Of a stretch of DNA of 64,000 nt, positions 46,809-55,584 are shown one piece after another (the stretch's first letter is position 1; each line of letters starts with the position of its first letter). The stretch is taken from positions 32,001 to 96,000 of the forward strand of contig JBDIWC010000007.1 of assembly GCA_039794085.1 (NCBI GenBank), in the 5' to 3' direction. The notes beneath the pieces were generated by a model. It worked only from the letters and a program-made list of their open reading frames with translations. It was not told the origin of the DNA and made no database searches. Position numbers and translations under genes: made by a program. This DNA comes from Gemmatimonadales bacterium (lineage in GTDB: Bacteria; Gemmatimonadota; Gemmatimonadetes; Gemmatimonadales; GWC2-71-9).

Positions 46809-47057
46809 TACAACGAGACGTCGTGCGTTTTTCGGCTCTCCGTCGCGTGAATCGGGTGATCCACCTCGGAGTCCTGGCTGCATCTTTCCTGCATGCACTA
46901 CCGGGTCTGTTTCATCGCGCTCTTCCGCCCTCCCACGCACCCTGCGGCTGGCTGGCCTTTGTGCCTTGGTTCCAGGTCTTGCGCCTCATTCCCTGTTTGG
47001 TCGTTCCCGCCATCCGCATTAGCTTTGCTGGGCACACCCGAACCGGGGAGGATACCA

Positions 47058-47282
47058 ATGTTGCGTACGATTGAGGCCATTATCGAGGCCGACGGACGGG
47101 TGCGGCTCCTGGAGTCCGTCGCGCTTCCCGGGGCGCGCCGCGCCCTGGTGACCGTGCTTGAGGAGCTTGGAGCGGAGGAGAGTGGCGACCTCATGGCCCA
47201 GTTGAGTGTGTCGGCACTCGCCGGCGACTGGAATCGCCCGGAGGAGGACTCCGCGTGGGCGCACCTTCAGCCGGGAGCGTAG
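47058..47282 (+). CDS. Putative antitoxin (small beta-hairpin N-terminus)
   Basis: MLRTIEAIIEADGRVRLLE..; acidic C-terminus EEDSAWAHL; GGAGG RBS; overlaps the toxin gene. Confidence 0.7.
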   Translation: MLRTIEAIIEADGRVRLLESVALPGARRALVTVLEELGAEESGDLMAQLSVSALAGDWNRPEEDSAWAHLQPGA

Positions 47283-47599
47283 TCCTCGTTCCGTTCCCCT
47301 TCTCGGACTTGTCCGAGACCAAGTTGCGCCCAGCCATCGTGCTGGCCGATGCGGGCCGAGGGGATGCCATTCTCTGTCAGGTCACCGGCAATCGTTATGG
47401 CGACCCCATCGCAATGGAACTCTCGACGTCCGACTTTGCCTCCGGTTCCTTGCAACGGACCAGCTATGTCCGGCCGGGGAAGCTGTTCACCGCGAGCGGT
47501 GGCCTCATCGTCCGGGAAGTGGGCATTCTCAACCCCGAATCTCTTTCACGCCTCATCGACCGGGTCATCGAGTTGCTGCGTCGTTCAACGCGGGAGTAA
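47255..47599 (+). CDS. PemK/MazF-family toxin
   Basis: GSVVLVPFPFSDLSETKLRPAIVL..ILCQVTG..SYVRPGKLFT. Confidence 0.88.
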   Translation: MGAPSAGSVVLVPFPFSDLSETKLRPAIVLADAGRGDAILCQVTGNRYGDPIAMELSTSDFASGSLQRTSYVRPGKLFTASGGLIVREVGILNPESLSRLIDRVIELLRRSTRE

Positions 47600-47631
47600 C
47601 TCTCCGTCGTCGGCGTCGCCCTTCCCGGGGG

Positions 47632-48873
47632 TGAAGGGCGCAGCACGCTGTTTAAGATCGCTATTCTCGGGGGGAGGGCGCGCCACGGCGCGCCCCTGCA
47701 CGCCCCTTGCTCGGCTGTGCGGTGGCTGGCGCCACCGGTGCATGGACAAGCATCCGGATCGTGTCAACTTGAGATCGCTATTCTCGGGGGGAGGGCGCGC
47801 CACGGCGCGCCCCTGCACGCCCCTTGCTCGGCTGTGCGGTGGCTGGCGCCACCGGGTGTGCGGACGACGCTCCGGGCCGATGAACCGGCCCCAAGATCGC
47901 ATCGAGGGGTTCAGGGCCGTGTGAACGGCCCAAGGTCACATCGAGGGGTTCAGGGCCGAGTGAATGCCCCAAGATCGCATCGAGGGGCAGGGCCGTGTCA
48001 ACGTGGAGATCGCCTATTCTCGGGGCTCACGCCCCTTGCTCGGCTATGCGGTGGCTGGCGCCACCGGGTGCATGGACAAGCATCCGGGCCGAGTGAACCG
48101 GCCCCAAGATCGCATCGAGGGGCAGGGCCGTGTCAACGGCCCCTCTGCCGAGCCCGGGGCGAAAGCCCCGGGGTGCACGGACGACGCTCCGGGCCGAGTG
48201 AACCGGCCCCAAGATCACATCGAGGGGCTCAGGGCCGAGTGAATGGCCCAAGGTCGCATCGAGGGGCAGGGCCGTGTCAACGGCCCCATGGCCGAGCCCG
48301 GGGCGAAAGCCCCGGGTGCATGGACAAGCATCCGGGCCGAGTGAACCGGCCCCAAGATCGCATCGAGGGGCAGGGCCGTGTCAACGTGGAGATCGCCTAT
48401 TCTCGGGGCTCACGCCCCTTGCTCGGCTATGCGGTGGCTGGCGCCACCGGGTGCATGGACAAGCATCCGGGCCGAGTGAACCGGCCCCAAGATCGCATCG
48501 AGGGGCAGGGCCGTGTCAACGGCCCCATGGCCGAGCCCGGGGCGAAAGCCCCGGGGTGCACGGACGACGCTCCGGGCCGAGTGAACCGGCCCCACGGTCG
48601 CATCGAGGGGCATCCGGGCCGTGTCAACGGCCCCACTGCCGAGCCCGGGGCGAAAGCCCCGGGTGCACGGACGACGCTCCGGGCCGATGAACCGGCCCCA
48701 AGATCGCATCGAGGGGTTCAGGGCCGTGTCAACGGCCCCATGGCCGAGCCCGGGGCGAAAGCCCCGGGGTGCACGGACGACGCTCCGGGCCGATGAACGG
48801 GCCCCAAGATCGCATCGAGGGGCAGGGCCGTGTCAACGGCCCCACTGCCGAGCCCGGGGCGAAAGCCCCGGGA
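47632..48873. repeat. ~1.24-kb modular tandem array of REP-like units
   Basis: Six GCCGAGCCCGGGGCGAAAGCCCCGGG hairpins, about 10 variants of CCCAAGATCGCATCGAGGGG, four ATCGC(C)TATTCTCGGGG..GGTGGCTGGCGCCACCGG blocks; 382-bp internal duplication (48007 vs 48389). Confidence 0.92.
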
Positions 48874-49060
48874 CACCGACCCCGAGTGGAGGCAGCTTTG
48901 CACCGCTAGGTCGGCCGTGATCGTTCTGCGCGACCTCGATCCCCACCCGATCACCACGCGAGTGACTCCCGACCCGTACGTCCGGGCCCCGGAGGAGTAC
49001 AACCGTGCGTTCGACCGGATTGACCGGTGCCTGGAGGTGCTCCTGGGGGCGGGGCGATAG
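48874..49060 (+). pseudogene. Remnant of the 3' end of a Wzb-like phosphatase
   Basis: Homologous to 46114-46299 (VIVLRDLDPHPITTRVTPDPY..AFDRIDRCLEVL); a 1-nt insertion gives HRPRVEAALHR-stop. Confidence 0.88.
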
Positions 49061-49097
49061 CTATCCACCGCGAGCTCCCGTAGGGCCGATCGGGCGC

Positions 49098-50252
49098 TCA
49101 TGAGAGGCTCGCCACGATCCTCCGGAAGGAGTTTACGGTTCCTTCAATGTTGTAATCGCGTGCTACAACCTTCGCAGCGTTAGACCCAAGTAAGGCCCTG
49201 AGTTCAGGGTGTTCAATCAGATGAACGAGATATTTGCAAGCAGAGGCCACACTGCCCTCCTCATAAACAAGACCAGTGTCCCCGTGAATCGTTGCTGCAC
49301 TGACTGAAGGGTTATCGGGCACGAGAGTCGCAAGACCAGCGCTCATGTATTCAAGGATCGAAAGTGAGAACCCGACCTCCCCCTTTGCTGCATGCATGCC
49401 AATATCGCAGGATATAGCCAGAGCACCCACATCATCGTACCGACCGAGAAAAAGAAATCGTCGCTGGAGCTGATAGCGAGCCACAAGATCCCTGCACCGC
49501 GGCAAGTCCGGTCCATCACCACAATACACGAAATGCACATTGTCATACTGCATGGCATTAATAAGAACGTTGGCACACTCAACAATGAAATCAATTCCCT
49601 TGTAGGCACTAGCCCGCCCTGACGTAAATACAACCACGCTGCTATCTGGGATCCCGAGCACCTCCTGTACCCTGGGTCGAGGTCGGGCTATGTCGATGGG
49701 TTCGATCCCATTGCGAGCAACGAATGATTTTCGTTCTGGGATACAAGACGTTGTCCTATGTCTGTTTTGCACGTATTCACTGACTGCTATGATTCCGTCA
49801 GCCGTAATTAATGGGATTCGATTCTTGACCGCCTTGAGCACCTTGAAAACCCCAGTCTCTGCGTCACGCCGACCCGGGGAGTGATCGTGGACGAGGATGA
49901 TCTTCACACCAACCATGCGAAAGAACAGATACCTCAACGAGAAGAACGGCTTGTCGGTAAGATAGATGAATCCGATATGATTCCGACGAAGATAGATCAG
50001 CATACGCAACGACCCTCTCGGCGACCGGTCTTCGTAATCAAGCAAATCGACGATCATGCCATCCTTATGGACGGGCGACACCGTCTGGGCATCAACCGAT
50101 CTACTGGCATCGCCTAGATCCGGATAGATCAGGTAGGCCTCCCTCCTGCGGGACTGCGCGATGTCCGCCACTTCACTCCAGAAGCGCTCCATAAGCCACC
50201 ACGCGTAGCCAACGTTCGGGGAGTAATTGGCAACTAGGAGATAGTTTGTCAT
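49098..50252 (-). CDS. GT4 glycosyltransferase, markedly lower GC
   Basis: VHDH, RNGI, SGRASAYKG, GEVGFSLSILEYMSAG. Confidence 0.85.
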   Translation of the reverse strand: MTNYLLVANYSPNVGYAWWLMERFWSEVADIAQSRRREAYLIYPDLGDASRSVDAQTVSPVHKDGMIVDLLDYEDRSPRGSLRMLIYLRRNHIGFIYLTDKPFFSLRYLFFRMVGVKIILVHDHSPGRRDAETGVFKVLKAVKNRIPLITADGIIAVSEYVQNRHRTTSCIPERKSFVARNGIEPIDIARPRPRVQEVLGIPDSSVVVFTSGRASAYKGIDFIVECANVLINAMQYDNVHFVYCGDGPDLPRCRDLVARYQLQRRFLFLGRYDDVGALAISCDIGMHAAKGEVGFSLSILEYMSAGLATLVPDNPSVSAATIHGDTGLVYEEGSVASACKYLVHLIEHPELRALLGSNAAKVVARDYNIEGTVNSFRRIVASLS

Positions 50253-50444
50253 CGTACGGAATCTGCCGTCCTTGTTGATTGGAGGCCCGGTAAATGTCAA
50301 GGTAGTTGTCGCATGAGTCTTCATGCAGCGGCTTCGGGAGTAGCCGGGCGGTTGATTCCGGCTTGGGTGGATCGAGGGCCACCGTGTCGACCGGGGTCCA
50401 GCCTCACGTGCCTGGGTGTATACCATCCGCCGGAGTTGAGCCAC

Positions 50445-50460
50445 AGCAAGCAACATGCCG
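50445..50460 (-). promoter_or_regulatory. Putative sigma54 promoter
   Basis: Minus strand CGGCATGTTGCTTGCT = GG-N10-GC, intergenic upstream of 50252. Confidence 0.55.
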
Positions 50461-50504
50461 ACGGGTCACCCTACGCGACTTCCTACCGGAACCTCGGGGA
50501 CGAG

Positions 50505-51614
50505 CTACGCACCCCTCGAGTAGACACCCTCATACGCCCGCACCATCGCATCGAGACTGAACTCGGCAACCACCCGTTCCCGTGCCGCTGCGCCATCGCG
50601 GGCACGCGCAGCAACATCCTGGATCGCCTCTGACCACGCCGCGGCCAGGGCGGCGGGGTCGGCGGGAGGGACGAGCCGGTGGGCCAGATCGGGACCGAGC
50701 ACCACCCGATTCCCCCCGACGTCGGTCACGATCGGGCAGAGCCCGGTGCTCATCGCCTCCAGGAGACTCACCGAGGTCCCCTCCGAGTGGGAGGACATGG
50801 TGAAGATGTCGAAGGTGGCGAGGAGTTCATGCACGTCATCCCGCCAGCCGAGAAAGTGGACGCTGTCGGCCACACCGAGCGACTCGACCATCGCTTCGAG
50901 CCGGGAGCGTTCCGACCCGTCCCCGGCGAGCACCAGCACTACCGGATCGGGGATCCTCTCACGGAGGTGGGCCATCGCCTCCACCATCACCTCGTATCCC
51001 TTGATCGCCTCGAGCCGGCCGATGCTCCCGAGCACCACCGCTTCCGGCGGGATACTGAGCGTGGCCCGGATCCCGTCGGAACGACCCGGCACAAACCGCT
51101 CGGTGTCCACCCCGTTCCGGACCACCACGATCCGGGTGCCTGCGGGAACCACGGTGGCCTCGAGCCGTTGACGGAGCGCGTCGGACACTGCTATCACCAC
51201 GTCGGTGCGCCGAGCCGCCCGACCGTGGAGAAACCGGGCCAGCCAGGGATCATGCGTCGGGCGCCCATGATCGGTGTGGACCAGGAAGGGAACGCCCGCA
51301 GCCCGTGCGGCCAGTGCCACCTTGTACCAGACCCCGCTGTGGGTATGGACCACGTCGGGGGCGATGCTCCGGATGCTCGCGGCGAGGCGCCGGGGCCAGA
51401 GGAGCGACCACTTCTCCAGCGGTGGGGCCTGATGAAGCGTCGCGACCTCGGCGAGTCCTTCACCGAACCGCCCGAAGAAGCCGAGCACCAGCACATGCAA
51501 CTCGAACCGGGTCGGGTCGAACCGGTGCATCAGGTCGGAGAGGAGCCGCTCCATCCCCCCGTAGTGGAGGTTCTGAATGACGTGCAGCAGTCGGATCCGT
51601 CGTGTGTCACTCAT
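50505..51614 (-). CDS. GT4 glycosyltransferase
   Basis: LHYGGMER, HTDHG, RNGVD, IGRLEAIKG, EGTSVSLLEAM. Confidence 0.9.
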   Translation of the reverse strand: MSDTRRIRLLHVIQNLHYGGMERLLSDLMHRFDPTRFELHVLVLGFFGRFGEGLAEVATLHQAPPLEKWSLLWPRRLAASIRSIAPDVVHTHSGVWYKVALAARAAGVPFLVHTDHGRPTHDPWLARFLHGRAARRTDVVIAVSDALRQRLEATVVPAGTRIVVVRNGVDTERFVPGRSDGIRATLSIPPEAVVLGSIGRLEAIKGYEVMVEAMAHLRERIPDPVVLVLAGDGSERSRLEAMVESLGVADSVHFLGWRDDVHELLATFDIFTMSSHSEGTSVSLLEAMSTGLCPIVTDVGGNRVVLGPDLAHRLVPPADPAALAAAWSEAIQDVAARARDGAAARERVVAEFSLDAMVRAYEGVYSRGA

Positions 51615-52807
51615 CTTCCCAAGCTCCTCACCCATTGAGCCATCTCACGCGCGGCCGGCCCCGGGTCCCGGAGCCGGAACACTTCGTTCTGCCCTCGCAG
51701 GACGGAAGCGCCAAGGAAATCCCACAGCACTCGCATTCGTGATGGAGTTCCAGGTGGAAGGTGCAACGCCTCGGCGGAATGCCGAAGGCGGATGAGGACG
51801 TGGTCCAGGTCTCCCAGCCACCACCGGGTCCGCACTCCGATGCGCCAGGGCGGAGGCTCCGAAGGCGGGGAGCCGTTGGCGCAGGACACGAGGAGTGAGG
51901 GGAAGTCCACCCCGGCATCCACCGCGAGCTGCAGGGAGCCCCAGAACCGACCGTTCACCTCCATCAGGACGGGGGTGCCGGTGGCCCGGTTTTCCTTGAA
52001 CTCCACCATCGCCACCCCGTTCCAATCGAAGTGATCGAGGAGCTCCTCGGCCAACCGCTGGAGGGCGGGATCGAGGGCCACGCTCTCGGCGCAGACGCTC
52101 ACCCCCCCCGAGGGGGGCTTTTCGCGGATCCGCCGATGGGCAAAGGCCGCCACTGTTCGTCCCTCCCACCGGAGAAGAAACACGCCGAGACCATCCCCGA
52201 CGATTCTCTCCTGCACCAGTACCGGCCAGGCGGCGGCGGGGAGTTGCCGCAGCGCCCGGTCCAGGGCCCCGGCATCCTCGGCGTGAGTCACGCCGAACTT
52301 GATGGCGGACCCACTGCCCACCGAGGCGTGGGGCTTGACCACCACCGGGAACTCCCCCGGATCGAGCGCCGGGAGGGGGTCCGCCGGGGAGGTGACCTCC
52401 CACTGTTTCGGAACGGCCAGGCCAAGTTCACTGGCGGCCCGCAGGACGGTGGCCTTGTCGGAGATGGCGGCGAAGCGGTTCGCCCCGGGCCAGGGGATGG
52501 TCACTCCGGGCCAGCGGCTCCGTTCGGGGAGGAGAGCCCGGAGCGCGGCCTCGGTGATGGGGAGAATGATGCCGGGCGCGAGCCGCGTCACCAGTTCATC
52601 GATGGCGGCCACATACCCTGAAGGGTCGGCGAGGGGATCGGGTACCCGCCAGGTGCCTGCCGCGTACCGGGACGCCCCAGCGAGGGGCCGCTTCTCGTGG
52701 GATGCCACATGTACCATGTGGCCCCGACGGCCGAGGGAACGGACCACCGCCAGCGCGGAGCGCTGTTCGCCGTCGGTCACCAGGATGGGTCGAGTAACTA
52801 CCGGCAC
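51611..52807 (-). CDS. ATP-grasp domain protein
   Basis: LVTDGEQRSALAVVRSLG, SDK, FPVVVKP, VQERIVG, AMVEFK, MEVNGRFWGS. Confidence 0.88.
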   Translation of the reverse strand: MPVVTRPILVTDGEQRSALAVVRSLGRRGHMVHVASHEKRPLAGASRYAAGTWRVPDPLADPSGYVAAIDELVTRLAPGIILPITEAALRALLPERSRWPGVTIPWPGANRFAAISDKATVLRAASELGLAVPKQWEVTSPADPLPALDPGEFPVVVKPHASVGSGSAIKFGVTHAEDAGALDRALRQLPAAAWPVLVQERIVGDGLGVFLLRWEGRTVAAFAHRRIREKPPSGGVSVCAESVALDPALQRLAEELLDHFDWNGVAMVEFKENRATGTPVLMEVNGRFWGSLQLAVDAGVDFPSLLVSCANGSPPSEPPPWRIGVRTRWWLGDLDHVLIRLRHSAEALHLPPGTPSRMRVLWDFLGASVLRGQNEVFRLRDPGPAAREMAQWVRSLGR

Positions 52808-53715
52808 AGAAACCCCATCAGCCGGAGTGCCAGCCCTTCGGCGCTGAGCCCGGCAGGCACATTGTAGCGCGGCAGGCCGAACTGGTCGCCAGCCCCTTCG
52901 GATTCCAGCCACCCTCCGCTCACCAACAGGGCTCCCTCGAAACCCACCTGCTCCGCCATCCGGCGCACCCGGGGTGCTTCGAGGCCGTAGGGATACGCCA
53001 GCCATCGCACGCCCGAGGCCCCGAGCTCGGTGACCCAGGTCAGGCAATCGGTAAGTTCTCGGGTGATGTCCGATTCGGGGATTGCGGCAAGGTTCGGGTG
53101 ACTCCAGGTGTGAGCCCCGATGGAGATCCCTGGTGCCAGCGTCGCGGAGTGGAGCAATTTCTGGTCCGCCGTCCGCATCCAGGGTGGGAGGTCGGTGGCG
53201 CTGGGATGGCCTGAGCTGAGCGTCTTGAGGACCGCTTCATCACGCCCCTGAAGCTCCATCAGAGCCCGGTTCCGCACTGCTTCCGAGAGCACCCCGCCAT
53301 GCTGTGCCGCGAGGTGATCCCACCAGAAGGTCTGCCCGCCGAGCCTTCCGGGGCAGACGAAGAAGGTGGCGGGAAAGCCGAACCGGGCCAGCTCCTGTAC
53401 TCCGGCGGTGAGGGCACCCACGTAGGCATCGTCGAAGGTGATGACCACACGGGGCCGGGTTCTGGCCGGGTCCGGCTCCTGCATCGGACCAGAGAGGGGT
53501 ACCACCTCGGTCAGCCGGGCAATCACGGCCAGGTGTCTGCGGAACTCTCCCCGCGGAAGGTGCAGGGCACGTTCCCCGGCCGGCCGCTCTCCCTTCGGGA
53601 TGATGTTATGATACGCCAGGATCAACACCCCATTCCGAAGCCGACGCCTCCGGAGGGCCCCGAACCCTGGGAGCCGGACGCCCAGTTCCACAATTCGCTT
53701 GGCGACAGATCTCAT
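52798..53715 (-). CDS. Polysaccharide deacetylase (CE4)
   Basis: LAYHNI, ITFDDAY, GAHTWSHPNL, LAYPYG, LPR. Confidence 0.88.
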   Translation of the reverse strand: MRSVAKRIVELGVRLPGFGALRRRRLRNGVLILAYHNIIPKGERPAGERALHLPRGEFRRHLAVIARLTEVVPLSGPMQEPDPARTRPRVVITFDDAYVGALTAGVQELARFGFPATFFVCPGRLGGQTFWWDHLAAQHGGVLSEAVRNRALMELQGRDEAVLKTLSSGHPSATDLPPWMRTADQKLLHSATLAPGISIGAHTWSHPNLAAIPESDITRELTDCLTWVTELGASGVRWLAYPYGLEAPRVRRMAEQVGFEGALLVSGGWLESEGAGDQFGLPRYNVPAGLSAEGLALRLMGFLCR

Positions 53716-53884
53716 GGTCTGGACAGTTCCCGGCCCAAGGCACAAGGGAGGAGCACTTTGGTCATGGCGTACAAGAGGGTAACCCGATGCCATCCCTAAG
53801 CGAAAGCTCCCGGCCGAGCTGCCGGAGGTCAGGCGTGCAACGATGAGGCCAACAGGACGCACCCTGACTCTCCGAGATCCGGGG

Positions 53885-55318
53885 ATGATGGTTGAAGGGA
53901 AGGCACGCCTTCTCCTGATTTCGTACCACTTTCCCCCCATGGAATCGGCCGGAGCGGTCCGATGGGAAAGCATGGTGCGACACGCCGAACGGTTCGGCTA
54001 CGCCGTGGACGTGGTGACTGTCCTTCCTGATTGGTGGCGCGAGGGCATGGCCTCTCCCCGGGTCGACCGTCTGCCGGAGGGCACAGGGGTAACGGGTGTG
54101 AGTGTCGCGGCGCTTTGGTCTGAAGTATTGGAAGCCCGGCTGCATGAATGGTGGTTACGATTTCGAAGCGAGGCGCACCGTCCGAGGAAGAACTCCAGCA
54201 ACTCAGGCTCGAGCTCCAGCCCTCTGCGAGAGGGCAGGGATCCCGTGAGCCAACAACACTCGCTGGCTCCCCATGAGTGCCACTGGTTCCGGTCCCGACG
54301 CGATCTTCTCCGCCACTGGTGGGTACTCCAGGAACACCGGCGCGACCTCTCCTGGGCGAAGGCCGCCGGAAAGGTTGCACGAGAGATCTTCCGGCCTGGG
54401 GTACACCGGACCTTGATCACCTGCGGACCCCCGCATGAAGTACACCTCACTGGGAGCCGGTTGGCGCGGAGAGTGGGCCTCCCTCATGTCATGGACCTTC
54501 GGGACCCTTGGGCGCTTCCAGTGCGAACCCCGGAGCATCTCGGCAGTCCTCTGCGGTGGGTGATGGCCCGACGAGCCGAGCAGGAGGCGGTGGGTCATGC
54601 AGCCATGGTGGTGGCCAATACGGAGCCGTTGCGAAAGGCCATGATCGAGGCACATCCGGGTACTGGGGCCAGGTTCATCACCGTCATGAATGGGTGGGAC
54701 GATGACGAGGAGTTGCCCGTTATGGCGCCCCAGATGCCCGGCGATCCCTTCCGAGTGCTGTACACCGGGGAGGTATACCTCGACCGAAATCCCGATGGAT
54801 TTTTCCGCGCATCCCGCAAAGTGATTGCCGACCTCGGGCTCGCCCCCGATTCGTTTGAGATCGTCTTCATCGGACCGAGCGGATCCGGAGCCGACAAGGT
54901 GAGGACGATAGCCGCGCGGGAGGGCATCGAGTCATTCGTGACCGTGCGACCGAGGGTGCCGCGCGAGGAAGTACTTCGAGAGATGGCTCGGGCCACAATG
55001 CTGCTGAGCCTGGGACAGGACAGCCCGTATGCAGTCCCGTCGAAAGTATTTGAGTACCTGCGGTTCGCAGCTTGGAATTTGGTGCTTGCCGCGCCGGAAT
55101 CCCCAACCGGGACACTCCTTGCATGTACCGGCGTTGACCTGGCTGATCCCAGAGATGAGACCGCGGTGGGGGCAGTGCTCAAGCGGAGGATCGCTGAGCA
55201 CATGGCGGGGGCCAGGGCCAGCGCCGTGGGCGGTGTGGGAAGATTCGCTCGGTCGGTCCAAGCGGACGCCCTGTTCTCCGAGTTGTCGCGGCTGAGATTG
55301 TCCTTGGTGGACGGGTGA
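53885..55318 (+). CDS. GT4-like glycosyltransferase
   Basis: ISYHFPP..GAVRW, TCGPP, DLRDPW, MNGWD, YTGEVY, PSKVFEYL. Confidence 0.85.
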   Translation: MMVEGKARLLLISYHFPPMESAGAVRWESMVRHAERFGYAVDVVTVLPDWWREGMASPRVDRLPEGTGVTGVSVAALWSEVLEARLHEWWLRFRSEAHRPRKNSSNSGSSSSPLREGRDPVSQQHSLAPHECHWFRSRRDLLRHWWVLQEHRRDLSWAKAAGKVAREIFRPGVHRTLITCGPPHEVHLTGSRLARRVGLPHVMDLRDPWALPVRTPEHLGSPLRWVMARRAEQEAVGHAAMVVANTEPLRKAMIEAHPGTGARFITVMNGWDDDEELPVMAPQMPGDPFRVLYTGEVYLDRNPDGFFRASRKVIADLGLAPDSFEIVFIGPSGSGADKVRTIAAREGIESFVTVRPRVPREEVLREMARATMLLSLGQDSPYAVPSKVFEYLRFAAWNLVLAAPESPTGTLLACTGVDLADPRDETAVGAVLKRRIAEHMAGARASAVGGVGRFARSVQADALFSELSRLRLSLVDG

Positions 55319-55332
55319 TTGGGACCGCAACC

Positions 55333-55358
55333 GTTGCGTACATGCAACACTTGTTGCA
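55333..55358. promoter_or_regulatory. Palindrome GTTGC-N6-GCAAC overlapping TGCAAC-N4-GTTGCA
   Basis: GTTGCGTACATGCAACACTTGTTGCA in the intergenic region. Confidence 0.55.
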
Positions 55359-55584
55359 CGCCAGCACCACGCTGGGCGTCATTCTTGGATCAAAGGACTT
55401 GGATCCAAGGACTCTGTCCGCAGGCTCCGGTGACGAACGGCACGAGGATCGCATGTGAATCACCCTGAACTGGTACGATCCCGATGGGTTCCCCGGGGAG
55501 ACGTGGACGCTCTCCACCAGGGTTCATGGGAAGAAGCCGGACGGAGCAGCATTGTTTCCCATGCGACGGAAGCCTGATCACACG

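Noticed and set aside
46810..47630. Integron cassette carrying the TA pair
   Set aside because: I see no convincing RYYYAAC..GTTRRRY attC structure and no integrase.
47717..48796. 359-aa repetitive ORF and overlapping ORFs
   Set aside because: They are translations of the DNA repeat array; the same peptides appear in several frames.
47632..48873. CRISPR array
   Set aside because: The sequences between hairpins are themselves repeated modules, not unique spacers; the period is irregular; no cas genes are present.
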